Positions 1-10,469 of a stretch of 64,000 nt of DNA are shown in pieces; position 1 is the stretch's first letter, and every line of letters starts with the position of its first letter. The notes under the pieces were generated by a model. It was not told the origin of the DNA, ran no database searches, and saw only the letters and a program-made list of their open reading frames with translations. The translations under genes and the position numbers were made by a program. The DNA is from a virus. The stretch lies in the IMG/VR virus record IMGVR_UViG_3300042484_001802; one strand, 5' to 3'.

Positions 1-2
1 AC

Positions 3-689
3 GTCAATAATATTAAAAGAAAGCATTTTACAATTTGGTCTGGGATTGCGCCAGACGACCAAACAGAAGTTCCTGAAGAGGTTGAAAAAAGAGTTAATGA
101 AGCCAAAGAAAGGTCTAAAGGTCAAATTAGGTTATTAAAATTACCTAGTGATTCTGTAACCGTTAGTGAAATTAAATCTAAATTAAGAAAGATGATTGCC
201 GATGGTTTTAAAATAGATTTATTAACACTGGACTATGTTGATTGTATTTCACCAGAAAGAAGTGCATTTGGTGAAGAATGGAAAGGTGAAGGTGCTATTA
301 TGAGACAATTGGAATCGATGACTTCTGAGTTTGATATTGCAATCTGGACTGCAACACAAGGTAATAGAGAATCAATTAAAAGCGAAGTAGTTACAACGGA
401 CCAAATGGGTGGTTCTATTAAGAAAGCACAAATTGGTCACGTAGTTTTATCTATTGGTAAAACATTACAACAAAAAGAATTAAATTTGGCAACTCTTACA
501 TTGTTAAAATCTAGAGTTGGTAGAGATGGTGTTATATTTGATAACTGCCACTTTAACAATGAGTATTTAACGATTGATACTGATTCACAAAGCACTATGC
601 TTGGTTTTGAACAAGACAAAGAAGAAAAAAACAAGCAAAGAATTAGAAAACTATTAGACGAGAAAACAAAAACTCGCGTAACTAACTAA
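3..689 (+). CDS. DnaB/T4 gp41-like replicative helicase, C-terminal part (5' end outside window)
   Basis: Frame is open from base 3, upstream of the listed ATG at 192. Contains Walker B-like LTLDYVD, WTATQGNR and LKSR motifs of SF4 helicases. Confidence 0.85.
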   Translation, partial: VNNIKRKHFTIWSGIAPDDQTEVPEEVEKRVNEAKERSKGQIRLLKLPSDSVTVSEIKSKLRKMIADGFKIDLLTLDYVDCISPERSAFGEEWKGEGAIMRQLESMTSEFDIAIWTATQGNRESIKSEVVTTDQMGGSIKKAQIGHVVLSIGKTLQQKELNLATLTLLKSRVGRDGVIFDNCHFNNEYLTIDTDSQSTMLGFEQDKEEKNKQRIRKLLDEKTKTRVTN

Positions 690-703
690 AAAAACAATAA
701 ATT

Positions 704-1678
704 ATGGTAGAGAAAATTTTGGTTGAAAACCCAAACCGATTTGTTTTGTTCCCAATAGAACATGAGGATATTTGGAAATTGTACAAACAACAAGAAGCGT
801 GTATTTGGACAGCAGAAGAGATTGATTTAGGTCAAGATATTACTGACTGGGAGCATAAACTTAATAATGATGAGCAACATTTTATTAAGAATGTGTTGGC
901 ATTTTTTGCGGCATCGGATGGTATTGTTAATGAGAATTTAGCAATGAACTTCGTAAATGAGGTTCAATATACTGAAGCAAAATTTTTCTACGGATTTCAA
1001 ATAATGATGGAAAATATCCATAGTGAAACATATTCATTATTGATTGACACATACATTAAAGATAGAGAAGAACAAATGCATCTTTTCCGTGCAGTAGATA
1101 CTATCCCAGCAATTAAAAAGAAAGCTGATTGGGCTATTAAATGGATTAATTCTGAATCTTTTGTTGAAAGATTAGTTGCGTTTGCGGCTGTTGAAGGTAT
1201 CTTTTTTTCGGGTTCATTTTGTTCTATCTTTTGGTTAAAAAAGAGAGGTCTAATGCCTGGATTAACATTCTCCAATGAATTAATTTCTAGAGACGAAGGT
1301 ATGCATTGTGATTTTGCTTGTCATTTATACAACAGTCATATTGAGAAAAAAATACCTGAAAAGAAACTTAAAGAAATCATTGTTAGCGCATTAGAAATTG
1401 AGAAGGAATTTATATTAGAGGCGTTACCTGTTAGATTAATCGGTATGAACTCAGATTTAATGTCTCAGTATCTTGAATTTGTCACAGACAGATTATTAGT
1501 TGCTTTAGGTTGTTCTAAAGTATACAACGTAGCGAATCCATTTGACTTCATGGAGAATATCGCTATTCAAGGTAAAACCAATTTCTTTGAAAAAAGAGTT
1601 GCTGAGTACCAAAAAGCAGGAGTACATAATAAAGCTGAAGAAGAACTTGACAGCGCATTTTCTGACATGGATTTTTAA
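704..1678 (+). CDS. nrdB: Ribonucleotide reductase class Ia beta subunit
   Basis: [21 protein letters not shown] (radical Tyr), [17 protein letters not shown] di-iron motifs; eukaryote/Bacteroidota-like sequence type. Confidence 0.97.
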   Translation: MVEKILVENPNRFVLFPIEHEDIWKLYKQQEACIWTAEEIDLGQDITDWEHKLNNDEQHFIKNVLAFFAASDGIVNENLAMNFVNEVQYTEAKFFYGFQIMMENIHSETYSLLIDTYIKDREEQMHLFRAVDTIPAIKKKADWAIKWINSESFVERLVAFAAVEGIFFSGSFCSIFWLKKRGLMPGLTFSNELISRDEGMHCDFACHLYNSHIEKKIPEKKLKEIIVSALEIEKEFILEALPVRLIGMNSDLMSQYLEFVTDRLLVALGCSKVYNVANPFDFMENIAIQGKTNFFEKRVAEYQKAGVHNKAEEELDSAFSDMDF

Positions 1679-1689
1679 AATAATAAAAA

Positions 1690-4101
1690 ATGAAGGTAAA
1701 AAAAAGAAACGGTGAATTAGAAGAAATGAGATATGACAAAATTACTAAAAGAATTAGTGCCCTTTGTCATGACTTAAATTTGGAATATATTGACCCAACA
1801 TACATCACTCTTAAAGTAACGCAAGGGATATATGATGGAATTAGTACATTAGAGTTAGATAAACTAGCGGCTGAAACCGCCGCATCAATGACAACAACTC
1901 ATCCAGATTACGCAAAATTAGCTGGTAGAATTGCTGTTTCAAATTTACATAAATCAACACCAAATAAATTTTCACAATGTATTAAACAATTATATTCTTT
2001 CAATGAACCTAAAACTGGAAAAGAATCATCATTGATTTCAAAAAATTTATATGATTTTGTTTTGGAAAACAAAGAAGTAATTGACTCAGCGATTGATATC
2101 GAAAGGGATTTAGATTTTGATTTTTTTGGGATTAAAACTTTAGAAAGATCATACCTATTAAAGATTGGCGAAAAAATAGTTGAAAGACCACAGTATCTTT
2201 ATATGCGAGTTGCTATGGGTATTTGTAATGGTGATTTAGAAATGGGCTTAAGAATCTATGATGATTTGTCTACTCATTTATATACACACGCAACACCAAC
2301 ATTGTTTAATGCCGGAACACCAAAGGCACAAATGTCATCATGTTTCTTATTAGCGAATAAAGACGACAGTATCGAGGGGTTGTTTTCAACAATTAAAGAC
2401 GTTGCACACATATCTAAATGGGCCGGTGGTATTGGATTACACGTTCACAATGTTAGAGCAAAGGGTGCGTATATAAAGGGTACAGGCGGTGAATCTGATG
2501 GCTTAATCCCTATGATGAAGACATACAATGAAATTGCTCGTTGGATTAATCAAGGTGGTAAACGTAAAGGTTCATTTGCGATTTATTTAGAACCTTGGCA
2601 TTCAGACGTTTTTGAATTTATTGAATTAAGAAAAAATACTGGTAAAGAAGAGATGCGTGCTAGAGATTTATTTTTAGCAATGTGGACTCCAGATTTATTC
2701 ATGAAGCGAGTTGAGGAAGATGGTGATTGGTCACTATTCACACCAGACGAAGCTCCAGGTTTATCTGATACATATGACACACCAGAAGAAAAGAACTTTA
2801 CAAAATTATATGAACAATACGAACAAGAAGGTAGAGCGCGTAAAGTTGTAAAGGCAAGAAAATTGATGGATAAGATTTTAGAAGCGCAAATAGAAACAGG
2901 TACACCTTACATGTTGTACAAAGACCCTGCAAATTATAAATCAAACCAAAAGAATTTAGGTACAATCAAGTCATCTAACTTATGTACTGAAATTATTGAA
3001 TATTCATCTGCCGATGAACAAGCAGTTTGTAATTTAGCGTCAATCGCTTTACCAAAATATATTATTAATGGTGAGTTCAATCATGAATTGTTATATGAAA
3101 CTACTAAGCAAATTGTTAGGAACTTAAACAATGTGATTGATTTAAATTACTACCCGACAGAAGAAACTAAACGCTCTAACTTTAGACACAGACCAGTAGG
3201 TTTAGGTATTCAAGGTTTAGCAGATATTTTCTGTTTGTTAGGTATTGCATTTGAAAGTGAATTGGCGGATAAAATCCAAGTGGAAATTTTTGAAACAATT
3301 TATTTTGCAGCACTAACATCTTCAATGGAGATAGCACAAAAAGAAGGTGCTTATGAAACATTTGAAGGATCACCTTTATCTCAAGGTATTTTACAATATC
3401 AAATGTGGGGTAAAACTGATAAGGACACTTCAGGTAGATGGGACTGGAAATCACTAAGAAAACAAATCATCAAATTTGGTGTTAGAAACTCTTTATTGGT
3501 TGCACCTATGCCAACGGCATCTACAGCACAAATTTTGGGTAACAATGAAGCGTTTGAACCATTCACAACAAATCTTTACTTGAGAAGAACTTTAAGTGGA
3601 GAATTTGTTGTAATTAACAAACATTTAGTAAAAGATTTATTAAAGATTGGTATGTGGAACGATACCATCAAAAATAAATTAATTATGGAAAATGGTTCTG
3701 TTCAAAATATCCCAGAAATTCCTACAGAATTAAAAGAGATATATAAAACCGTTTGGGAAATGTCACAAAAAAGAATTATCCAAATGGCAGCAAATCGCGC
3801 TGTTTATATTGACCAATCACAATCTATGAATTTATTTATGGACAATGTGACAAAACCAAAATTATTGGCGGCACACATTTATGGTTGGAAAATGGGTTTA
3901 AAAACCGGAATGTATTATTTAAGAACTCGTTCAGCGGTAGACGCTATAAAAAGTTTAGGGGTGGATATTTCAGCCACAACACCAAAACCAGAACCAGTGC
4001 AAGCACAAACGACGAATTCAATACATTTTGAACAAAACGATGCAACCTTGACCGCAAAACCAGACGATTCACCATTTGAATGTGTTGGTTGTGGTTCATA
4101 A
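1690..4101 (+). CDS. nrdA: Ribonucleotide reductase class Ia alpha subunit with N-terminal ATP cone
   Basis: VKKRNG ATP cone, ATPTLFNAG, SSCF, SNLCTEI, VCNLAS, APMPTAST, GMYYLR and C-terminal CVGC. Confidence 0.97.
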   Translation: MKVKKRNGELEEMRYDKITKRISALCHDLNLEYIDPTYITLKVTQGIYDGISTLELDKLAAETAASMTTTHPDYAKLAGRIAVSNLHKSTPNKFSQCIKQLYSFNEPKTGKESSLISKNLYDFVLENKEVIDSAIDIERDLDFDFFGIKTLERSYLLKIGEKIVERPQYLYMRVAMGICNGDLEMGLRIYDDLSTHLYTHATPTLFNAGTPKAQMSSCFLLANKDDSIEGLFSTIKDVAHISKWAGGIGLHVHNVRAKGAYIKGTGGESDGLIPMMKTYNEIARWINQGGKRKGSFAIYLEPWHSDVFEFIELRKNTGKEEMRARDLFLAMWTPDLFMKRVEEDGDWSLFTPDEAPGLSDTYDTPEEKNFTKLYEQYEQEGRARKVVKARKLMDKILEAQIETGTPYMLYKDPANYKSNQKNLGTIKSSNLCTEIIEYSSADEQAVCNLASIALPKYIINGEFNHELLYETTKQIVRNLNNVIDLNYYPTEETKRSNFRHRPVGLGIQGLADIFCLLGIAFESELADKIQVEIFETIYFAALTSSMEIAQKEGAYETFEGSPLSQGILQYQMWGKTDKDTSGRWDWKSLRKQIIKFGVRNSLLVAPMPTASTAQILGNNEAFEPFTTNLYLRRTLSGEFVVINKHLVKDLLKIGMWNDTIKNKLIMENGSVQNIPEIPTELKEIYKTVWEMSQKRIIQMAANRAVYIDQSQSMNLFMDNVTKPKLLAAHIYGWKMGLKTGMYYLRTRSAVDAIKSLGVDISATTPKPEPVQAQTTNSIHFEQNDATLTAKPDDSPFECVGCGS

Positions 4102-4123
4102 TATAATGGGTGGCACCTAAAAA

Positions 4124-4186
4124 GTCACAATTATCGCGACATTTTTTAATAAAGCGTCACAATTATCGCGACATTTTTTAATAAAG
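4124..4186. repeat. 31-bp exact tandem direct repeat (2 copies)
   Basis: GTCACAATTATCGCGACATTTTTTAATAAAG at 4124-4154 and 4156-4186. Confidence 0.95.
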
Positions 4187-4200
4187 TGTCGCGATTTTTT
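4165..4200 (+). terminator. Intrinsic terminator after nrdA
   Basis: ATCGCGACA (4165-4173) / TGTCGCGAT (4187-4195) stem followed by a T run. Confidence 0.75.
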
Positions 4201-4226
4201 ATTTATTACCATTTCGGTATTCTTTA

Positions 4227-4233
4227 TATTTAT
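4227..4233 (+). promoter_or_regulatory. TATTTAT putative late promoter (representative of about 20 sites, listed in findings)
   Basis: TATTTAT 4 nt upstream of the gp25-like ATG; the same 7-mer lies shortly upstream of many structural-module starts. Confidence 0.65.
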
Positions 4234-4237
4234 TGGT

Positions 4238-4690
4238 ATGGCAACATCCTATGGTATAGATTTCCCATTTAGGGATAGTATGGTCGGTGACTTTGTTAGA
4301 ATGACAAAAACCCCCGAGCAAGAGATTAGAGCGAACCTAATACACCTTATATTAACAAAGAGGGGTACTAGATATTTTTTACCAGATTTTGGTACTAGAA
4401 TTTATGAATATATTTTTGACCAAAATGATGTTATCACCTTTAACCATATTGAAGACGAAATAAGAGAATCGGTAAAAAAATACATTCCAAATTTAGATAT
4501 AAATTCAATAAAGGTTGTTAACGCTGAAAATGATCCAGATGAACAGGTTAGTGTTAGTGAAGATGAAGATAGTCGATTATTTAGAACATCTGATTCATCA
4601 AACAAACCTTATACAGCAAAAGTAAGAATTGATTATACAGTAAATAATGGGGCATTTGGTTCAAGTGATTTTATAATTATTAACATATAA
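4238..4690 (+). CDS. Baseplate wedge subunit, gp25/GPW-like
   Basis: GIDFPF, NLIHLILTKRGTRYFLPDFGT pattern and size typical of gp25 family; precedes a J/gp6-like gene. Confidence 0.9.
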   Translation: MATSYGIDFPFRDSMVGDFVRMTKTPEQEIRANLIHLILTKRGTRYFLPDFGTRIYEYIFDQNDVITFNHIEDEIRESVKKYIPNLDINSIKVVNAENDPDEQVSVSEDEDSRLFRTSDSSNKPYTAKVRIDYTVNNGAFGSSDFIIINI

Positions 4691-4691
4691 G

Positions 4692-6521
4692 ATGAGTAAA
4701 AAAATATCGTACACGAATAGAGATTTCGCGGGAATTAGAGAAGAGTTAGTTAATTTAACAAAAGATTACTATCCCGAATTAATTAAAAATACAAATGACG
4801 CATCAATATTTTCGGTGTCATTGGATTTAAATGCCGCTGTTGCGGATAACTTACATTACCATATAGATAGGGTTTGGCAAGAAACTATGCTGGACTTTGC
4901 TCAACAAAAACAATCATTATTTCATATAGCAAAAACATACGGAATTAGGGTTCCAGGTCAAAGACCGGCCGTTTCATTATGTGATTTTAGTATTAATGTA
5001 CCAGTTAGAGGTGATAAGGATGATGAAAGATACGAAGGTATCTTAAGAGCTGGCGCTCAAGTGTCTGGGGGTGGTCAAATATTTGAAACAATTTCTGATA
5101 TTGATTTTTCTAACCCATTTAATGACAGAGGAGAACCAAACAGATTAAAAATACCAAATTCTGATGCCAATAATAAATTGATTTCATATACGATTACAAA
5201 AAGAGAAGCTGTTGTTAATGGTGTTACTAAAATTTTTAGAAGAGCAATCACGCAAAGAGACCAAAAACCATTCTTAAAACTCTATTTACCTGAAAAAAAT
5301 GTTCTAGGAGTTACTTCAATTATACATAAAGAAGGAACGTCTTTCGGTGCTAATCCAAATGCTTCTGAATTTATTAGTTCAACTAATAAATGGTATGAGG
5401 TTAAAACACTAATACAAGATAAAGTATTCATTAAAGACCCTACAAGCACTTCTGACAAAAAGAATTTTGTTGCAGGTACAAATGTTAAGGTTTCAAATAA
5501 ATTTATTACAGAATACACACCAGAAGGTTATTTCTCATTAACATTTGGTTCAGGTAATGTTGATCCGTTAGATAATTTGGACAACTATATTACAAGTAAT
5601 TTAAAGGTTAACCTAGGAACATATCTAAATAATATGTCAATGGGTACAATTCCTAAAGCAAACACAACCTTATTTGTAAAATATAGGATTGGTGGTGGTA
5701 AGGAAAGTAATCTAGGGGTTGGTGTTTTAACAACGGTAGAAAATGTTGATTTTGTGATGACGGGTCCTTTAAGTTCTATAAATAACCAAGTATCTCAATC
5801 ATTACAAGTTACAAACGTAACACCGGCTGTCGGTGGGGCGGATCAACCAACTGTTGAAGAATTAAGAAATATGGTTGCATATAATTTTGCGGCACAAAAC
5901 AGAGCAGTTACCCTTAATGACTATAAATCATTGATTGAAAATATGCCATCAACATTCGGGGCTCCGGCCAAAGTTAATGTTATGGAAGAAAACAACAGAG
6001 TGAGAATTAAGTTATTATCATATGATGAGAATGGTAACTTAAGTGATACCGTTTCTAACACCCTAAAAAACAATATTTTAAATTACTTGTCGGAATATAG
6101 AATGATTAACGACTATTTGGATATTGTTAGTGGTGAGGTTATTGATATGGGTTTAGAAATCGATTTGGTGGTTGATAAAAACCAAAACCAAGCGGATTTA
6201 TTAAGAGAAGCAATTACTAAAATAACAGCTTATTTCTCAATCGACAAACGTAAGATGGGAGACCCGTTATTTGTGGGTGATTTGCAAAAAGAAATCAACG
6301 ATATTTCTGGTATTGTTAACGTGGTTAGTATTAGAGTTTTTAACAAAATTGGTGGAGAATATTCAACAGCGCAGGTTGCTCAAGAGTCAAATCCTGTAAC
6401 AAAAGAAATTGTACAATCTGATTCAACCATATATATGAAAGCAAATCAGATATTTCAAATCAGATTTCCAAATAAAGATATTAAAATAAGAGTTAAAACC
6501 TTAGGTTCCACTACATACTAA
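4692..6521 (+). CDS. Baseplate wedge subunit, T4 gp6 / baseplate J-like
   Basis: YTNRDFAGIREEL N-terminus, LTFGSG, YRIGGG, GGAD..QNRAVTLNDY motifs. Confidence 0.9.
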   Translation: MSKKISYTNRDFAGIREELVNLTKDYYPELIKNTNDASIFSVSLDLNAAVADNLHYHIDRVWQETMLDFAQQKQSLFHIAKTYGIRVPGQRPAVSLCDFSINVPVRGDKDDERYEGILRAGAQVSGGGQIFETISDIDFSNPFNDRGEPNRLKIPNSDANNKLISYTITKREAVVNGVTKIFRRAITQRDQKPFLKLYLPEKNVLGVTSIIHKEGTSFGANPNASEFISSTNKWYEVKTLIQDKVFIKDPTSTSDKKNFVAGTNVKVSNKFITEYTPEGYFSLTFGSGNVDPLDNLDNYITSNLKVNLGTYLNNMSMGTIPKANTTLFVKYRIGGGKESNLGVGVLTTVENVDFVMTGPLSSINNQVSQSLQVTNVTPAVGGADQPTVEELRNMVAYNFAAQNRAVTLNDYKSLIENMPSTFGAPAKVNVMEENNRVRIKLLSYDENGNLSDTVSNTLKNNILNYLSEYRMINDYLDIVSGEVIDMGLEIDLVVDKNQNQADLLREAITKITAYFSIDKRKMGDPLFVGDLQKEINDISGIVNVVSIRVFNKIGGEYSTAQVAQESNPVTKEIVQSDSTIYMKANQIFQIRFPNKDIKIRVKTLGSTTY

Positions 6522-6578
6522 TAGTTTTTTTACTTATATTCTACATTAGAAAATCAGTAGGTTTCTATTTATATTAGT

Positions 6579-9500
6579 ATGGTTCAAAAACATAGAATTT
6601 TAACAAATGTTGGGAAGGATAAATTGGTTACTGTTGAATTACAACAGAAATTCGATTTATTAGAGATACTTTCATTAAAATTTACTCAACAAGACACTTA
6701 CGCATCATTGTGCGCCGACTATGGCGTTGTTTGTGGTAGAATATCAGTAAACAACGGATTTGGCGTTCCTAATGCTAGAGTATCCATATTTGTTCCATTA
6801 GCACAAGAAGACGAAGATGACCCAGTGGTATCAGCTTTATACCCATTTAAATCAGCACAAGATAAAAATGAGAACGGATATCGCTATAATCTACTTCCAG
6901 CAAGAAAACAACACGGCGGTCATGAACCAACAGGAACATTTCCAGACCAGACAGATATTTTAACAAGAGAAGAAGTTCTAGAGGTATATGAGAAATATTA
7001 CAAATATACTGTTAAAACAAATACTTCAGGTGATTTTATGATTTGGGGGGTACCCCTAGGTGAACAAACAATACACGTGGATGTTGATTTATCTGACATT
7101 GGTTGCTTCTCATTACGCCCAGATGATTTTTTAAGGAATGGTTATGGGGTTGACCAATTTAAGTCAACATATCAGTTTAAACCAAGCGTAGATTTAGATT
7201 CACTACCACAAGTCGTTTCTTTTGATAGAACCGTTGAAGTGCACCCTTTCTGGGGAAATGTCGAACTATGTACTTTAGGAATTACTAGAAGCGACTTTGA
7301 TTTGTCTAGTCAAGGGGTTAAAATACAACCAAAAGCATTTGTTATCGGTGGTTTATTTACTGACAAGGATAGTAATGCAATTAATAAGAATTGCCAACCA
7401 AGAAGACAAATGGGTAGAAAGTGTGATTTGGTAACAGTTAATTCCACTATCGAATCAATTAGATTTACAACACAGAGAGATTCAAGTAATCGACCAATAT
7501 TAGAACTTATTGAAACAAAAGAAGATATTGACGAAAGTGGTTCATTCGTAATGCCAATTGAAATGAATATGGACTATGTCTATACAAATGAATTTGGTGA
7601 AAACGAGTTTACAAATGACCCAAACAAAGGTATTCCAACGTCAGCCATTTATAGAATGCGAATGTCTGTTAAGAACGAAACATTGGGTAGGGTTAGAACA
7701 ACCGCAAGTTATCTTTTACCAAACATTAAAGAGTATAGTAACGACCAAATGAAATCGTATGCGTGGTCAACCGAATATTCTGATTACCCCGCATCTGCTA
7801 TGGGCGACATATTAAACAATGTCGACGGGTTTAATTACCCACAAGATTATTTCTATAGATTTTCATATAATAAAGTTTATACTGTTTCATCTTTCCAAAG
7901 TTCATATTTTAAAAACGTACCATTCTCAACCGATAATTTCTTAGCAATTAAAGAAATTGTTCCGGCAGAAGAAGAAGATTGTACAAGTTCGGCAAATACA
8001 TTCCCAGTTAACTTTGGTACTAAAAATGTAACTTTCACATTATTAATTGCTGAGGTTCTATTATTTTTAGAGCATTTAATAAATCTATTAACATTGACGT
8101 TTACAAATTCTTTAGTGCGTTTATTATTTACAATTGGGGATGGTGCAGATTTTAGACCTATTAGACAATTAGCCAAAAGCATTAAAAAGGCAGCATTTAG
8201 AGCACAAGAAAATGGTCAAAGACGTTTATATCTAATAAACTATCCAGAATGTGAGGAATGTAACGGTGATGACACTTATGGCTCTGTTGTAAGCGGTACT
8301 GGAACTAGTAGTGATTATTGTTCAGTTGGTAGTGTAACAATAACTGGAGATTATTTAGAAAATAGTAGAACGTTAAATGTGACATCATTAACATTTGCAC
8401 CATCGTCAACAGGTAATTGTTCTGGCGAAGATTTAGATGCCTTAGGCGCCGCATTAATTTCTGGCGGTACAGGTATTCTTTATTTTATAAATAATCAGTC
8501 AAATTATCTATTATCTAGTGTGACTTATGGAAACCAAAATTTAACCAATCAATTTTCGGGAACACCTGTTTTAGATATTAGCGGTAATACTATTAGTTAT
8601 AGCAATATAACATTTGAAGATATAGAAGCATCATTAGGTGAACCAATATCATACACATTAACAATTAGAAGCGCAACAGAAAAAGAAGGTACAGACACAT
8701 CAACATTAGTTCAATTAGAATCTGGTTGTGAATTATATGATACACCATATGATGAAAGTATTGTTAGCTGGTATTATCCAACAACCGGTTACACTAATTA
8801 CAGTCAATCGGGTGTAATATCACCAGCAAGTTATAATGCTGGTACAACATCAGTTGTTGCAACAAACATTACCAATACCGGATATGGTGCAACAACAGAT
8901 GCTTATACTTCAACACTTTCAGGTACAGACGATATTATTTTTTATCCTAGTTCAGGTGTTCCATTAGTTACATCTTTTGGTGGTGATTCCTATGAAAAAT
9001 TTACCCGTAGTGGTATGTCTGAATTTGAAAATGGTGTTTTCACCATTGTCCCTGGATCCCAATCAACAAGAAGGGTTTGGGAGATACTGAGAGAATATCG
9101 AAGAAGAAAACGTGTTGGTAAACTTTTTTGTGGTGGTATCGTAAATTATTCATTTGTTGATAACTGGTTATCTGGTTCGTTATATTTCTTTGCATTTAAA
9201 GCTAAGAATAAAACATCAACAGATGCTGATTATTGTAAAGATATTATAAAATGGGCGCCAGATCAAAATATATTTTATTACAGATCATGCCCGTATAATC
9301 CTAGTACAACTGCTTGGGGGGCAGGCGCTAGTTTATTTTTTACCAAAAAAAGAATTAATCGCCCAACAACATTTGTTGATTTAGGTCCTAGAGATGAATT
9401 CATTAAAGAAATTTGCACTGATCCAAATTTAGACCCAAACTGTTCTGTTAGTAGACAGATTGGTCCAACATCATATAAAAATTTTGGTGAACTGTTAGGG

Positions 9501-10469
9501 TTGGCAATTAACTATAGAATGGATGTTAGTAACAATGAACATGATATTAATAATTTTTTTGATAATGAAGGATTTAAAGTAAACGGTATTAATAAGGTGT
9601 TGGATGGTGATATTATGCAATTAATATCCATTAATAATGAAGTTGGTATTGAACCATTTGATTTACAAAGCCCAAAATATCTTGGGTATTCATATCAAGT
9701 ATTAGATCCAGATGTATACCCTAGTGTGTTTAAAAACGGAACAAATGTGTATGGACCATTACCAGTAACTTTTGAATTTGCCGAAGACGGCGAAAGACAA
9801 AGAGCTTGCTTAAATGAACCAACACATATCGCAAATGACGGGTTAACACTTGTACAGGGTAGATTGACAGAATCGGCTCAACCAGTACCATTTTATTTAT
9901 GGGAAAAAGGCGGAACCGGATTTGGACCACATAATGAAACAACGTTAGATAATCAACGATGGGATTATGGAAATGTTCAAGTACAACCTTTACAAGGAAT
10001 GACTTATGGCTATAATTTAACATCGGCGGCGGATGATTCTTCTGACAAATATCTGTTATTACCAATGACATATACATTCTCTGGTTTAACTATTGGTGGT
10101 ATTGATGTAACAACAACAGTTGAATTTGATGTGGTATCGTCATCTGATGGTCACGCATCATATAATGGTGAGTATCCAGGATTTACTTATCTATATTATA
10201 CTAGTGGTACTCAAATAGAACCAACATCAGGTACGTTATATACAAGATATGGTAATGCAGGAACAGATGGAATAGTAGGTTGGCATTCACAATCATGGGA
10301 TTATACCGATGACTTTATAATTAGAAAAACACAAGATTATTATAGTAGTTCAAAACAGATTTTATCAACACCATTTTTATTTTATTTCGGTTTAAGACCA
10401 GGCAAAACCGGCTTGGATAAGTTTATTGAAAGATTTGGTCCGAAAGGAGCATTCCCATCAGCAGAATAA
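6579..10469 (+). CDS. Large virion structural protein (baseplate module)
   Basis: 1296 aa. N-terminal GRISVNNGFGVPNARVSIF resembles a carboxypeptidase-regulatory/transthyretin-like fold; Cys-rich; position in baseplate operon. Confidence 0.6.
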   Translation: MVQKHRILTNVGKDKLVTVELQQKFDLLEILSLKFTQQDTYASLCADYGVVCGRISVNNGFGVPNARVSIFVPLAQEDEDDPVVSALYPFKSAQDKNENGYRYNLLPARKQHGGHEPTGTFPDQTDILTREEVLEVYEKYYKYTVKTNTSGDFMIWGVPLGEQTIHVDVDLSDIGCFSLRPDDFLRNGYGVDQFKSTYQFKPSVDLDSLPQVVSFDRTVEVHPFWGNVELCTLGITRSDFDLSSQGVKIQPKAFVIGGLFTDKDSNAINKNCQPRRQMGRKCDLVTVNSTIESIRFTTQRDSSNRPILELIETKEDIDESGSFVMPIEMNMDYVYTNEFGENEFTNDPNKGIPTSAIYRMRMSVKNETLGRVRTTASYLLPNIKEYSNDQMKSYAWSTEYSDYPASAMGDILNNVDGFNYPQDYFYRFSYNKVYTVSSFQSSYFKNVPFSTDNFLAIKEIVPAEEEDCTSSANTFPVNFGTKNVTFTLLIAEVLLFLEHLINLLTLTFTNSLVRLLFTIGDGADFRPIRQLAKSIKKAAFRAQENGQRRLYLINYPECEECNGDDTYGSVVSGTGTSSDYCSVGSVTITGDYLENSRTLNVTSLTFAPSSTGNCSGEDLDALGAALISGGTGILYFINNQSNYLLSSVTYGNQNLTNQFSGTPVLDISGNTISYSNITFEDIEASLGEPISYTLTIRSATEKEGTDTSTLVQLESGCELYDTPYDESIVSWYYPTTGYTNYSQSGVISPASYNAGTTSVVATNITNTGYGATTDAYTSTLSGTDDIIFYPSSGVPLVTSFGGDSYEKFTRSGMSEFENGVFTIVPGSQSTRRVWEILREYRRRKRVGKLFCGGIVNYSFVDNWLSGSLYFFAFKAKNKTSTDADYCKDIIKWAPDQNIFYYRSCPYNPSTTAWGAGASLFFTKKRINRPTTFVDLGPRDEFIKEICTDPNLDPNCSVSRQIGPTSYKNFGELLGLAINYRMDVSNNEHDINNFFDNEGFKVNGINKVLDGDIMQLISINNEVGIEPFDLQSPKYLGYSYQVLDPDVYPSVFKNGTNVYGPLPVTFEFAEDGERQRACLNEPTHIANDGLTLVQGRLTESAQPVPFYLWEKGGTGFGPHNETTLDNQRWDYGNVQVQPLQGMTYGYNLTSAADDSSDKYLLLPMTYTFSGLTIGGIDVTTTVEFDVVSSSDGHASYNGEYPGFTYLYYTSGTQIEPTSGTLYTRYGNAGTDGIVGWHSQSWDYTDDFIIRKTQDYYSSSKQILSTPFLFYFGLRPGKTGLDKFIERFGPKGAFPSAE

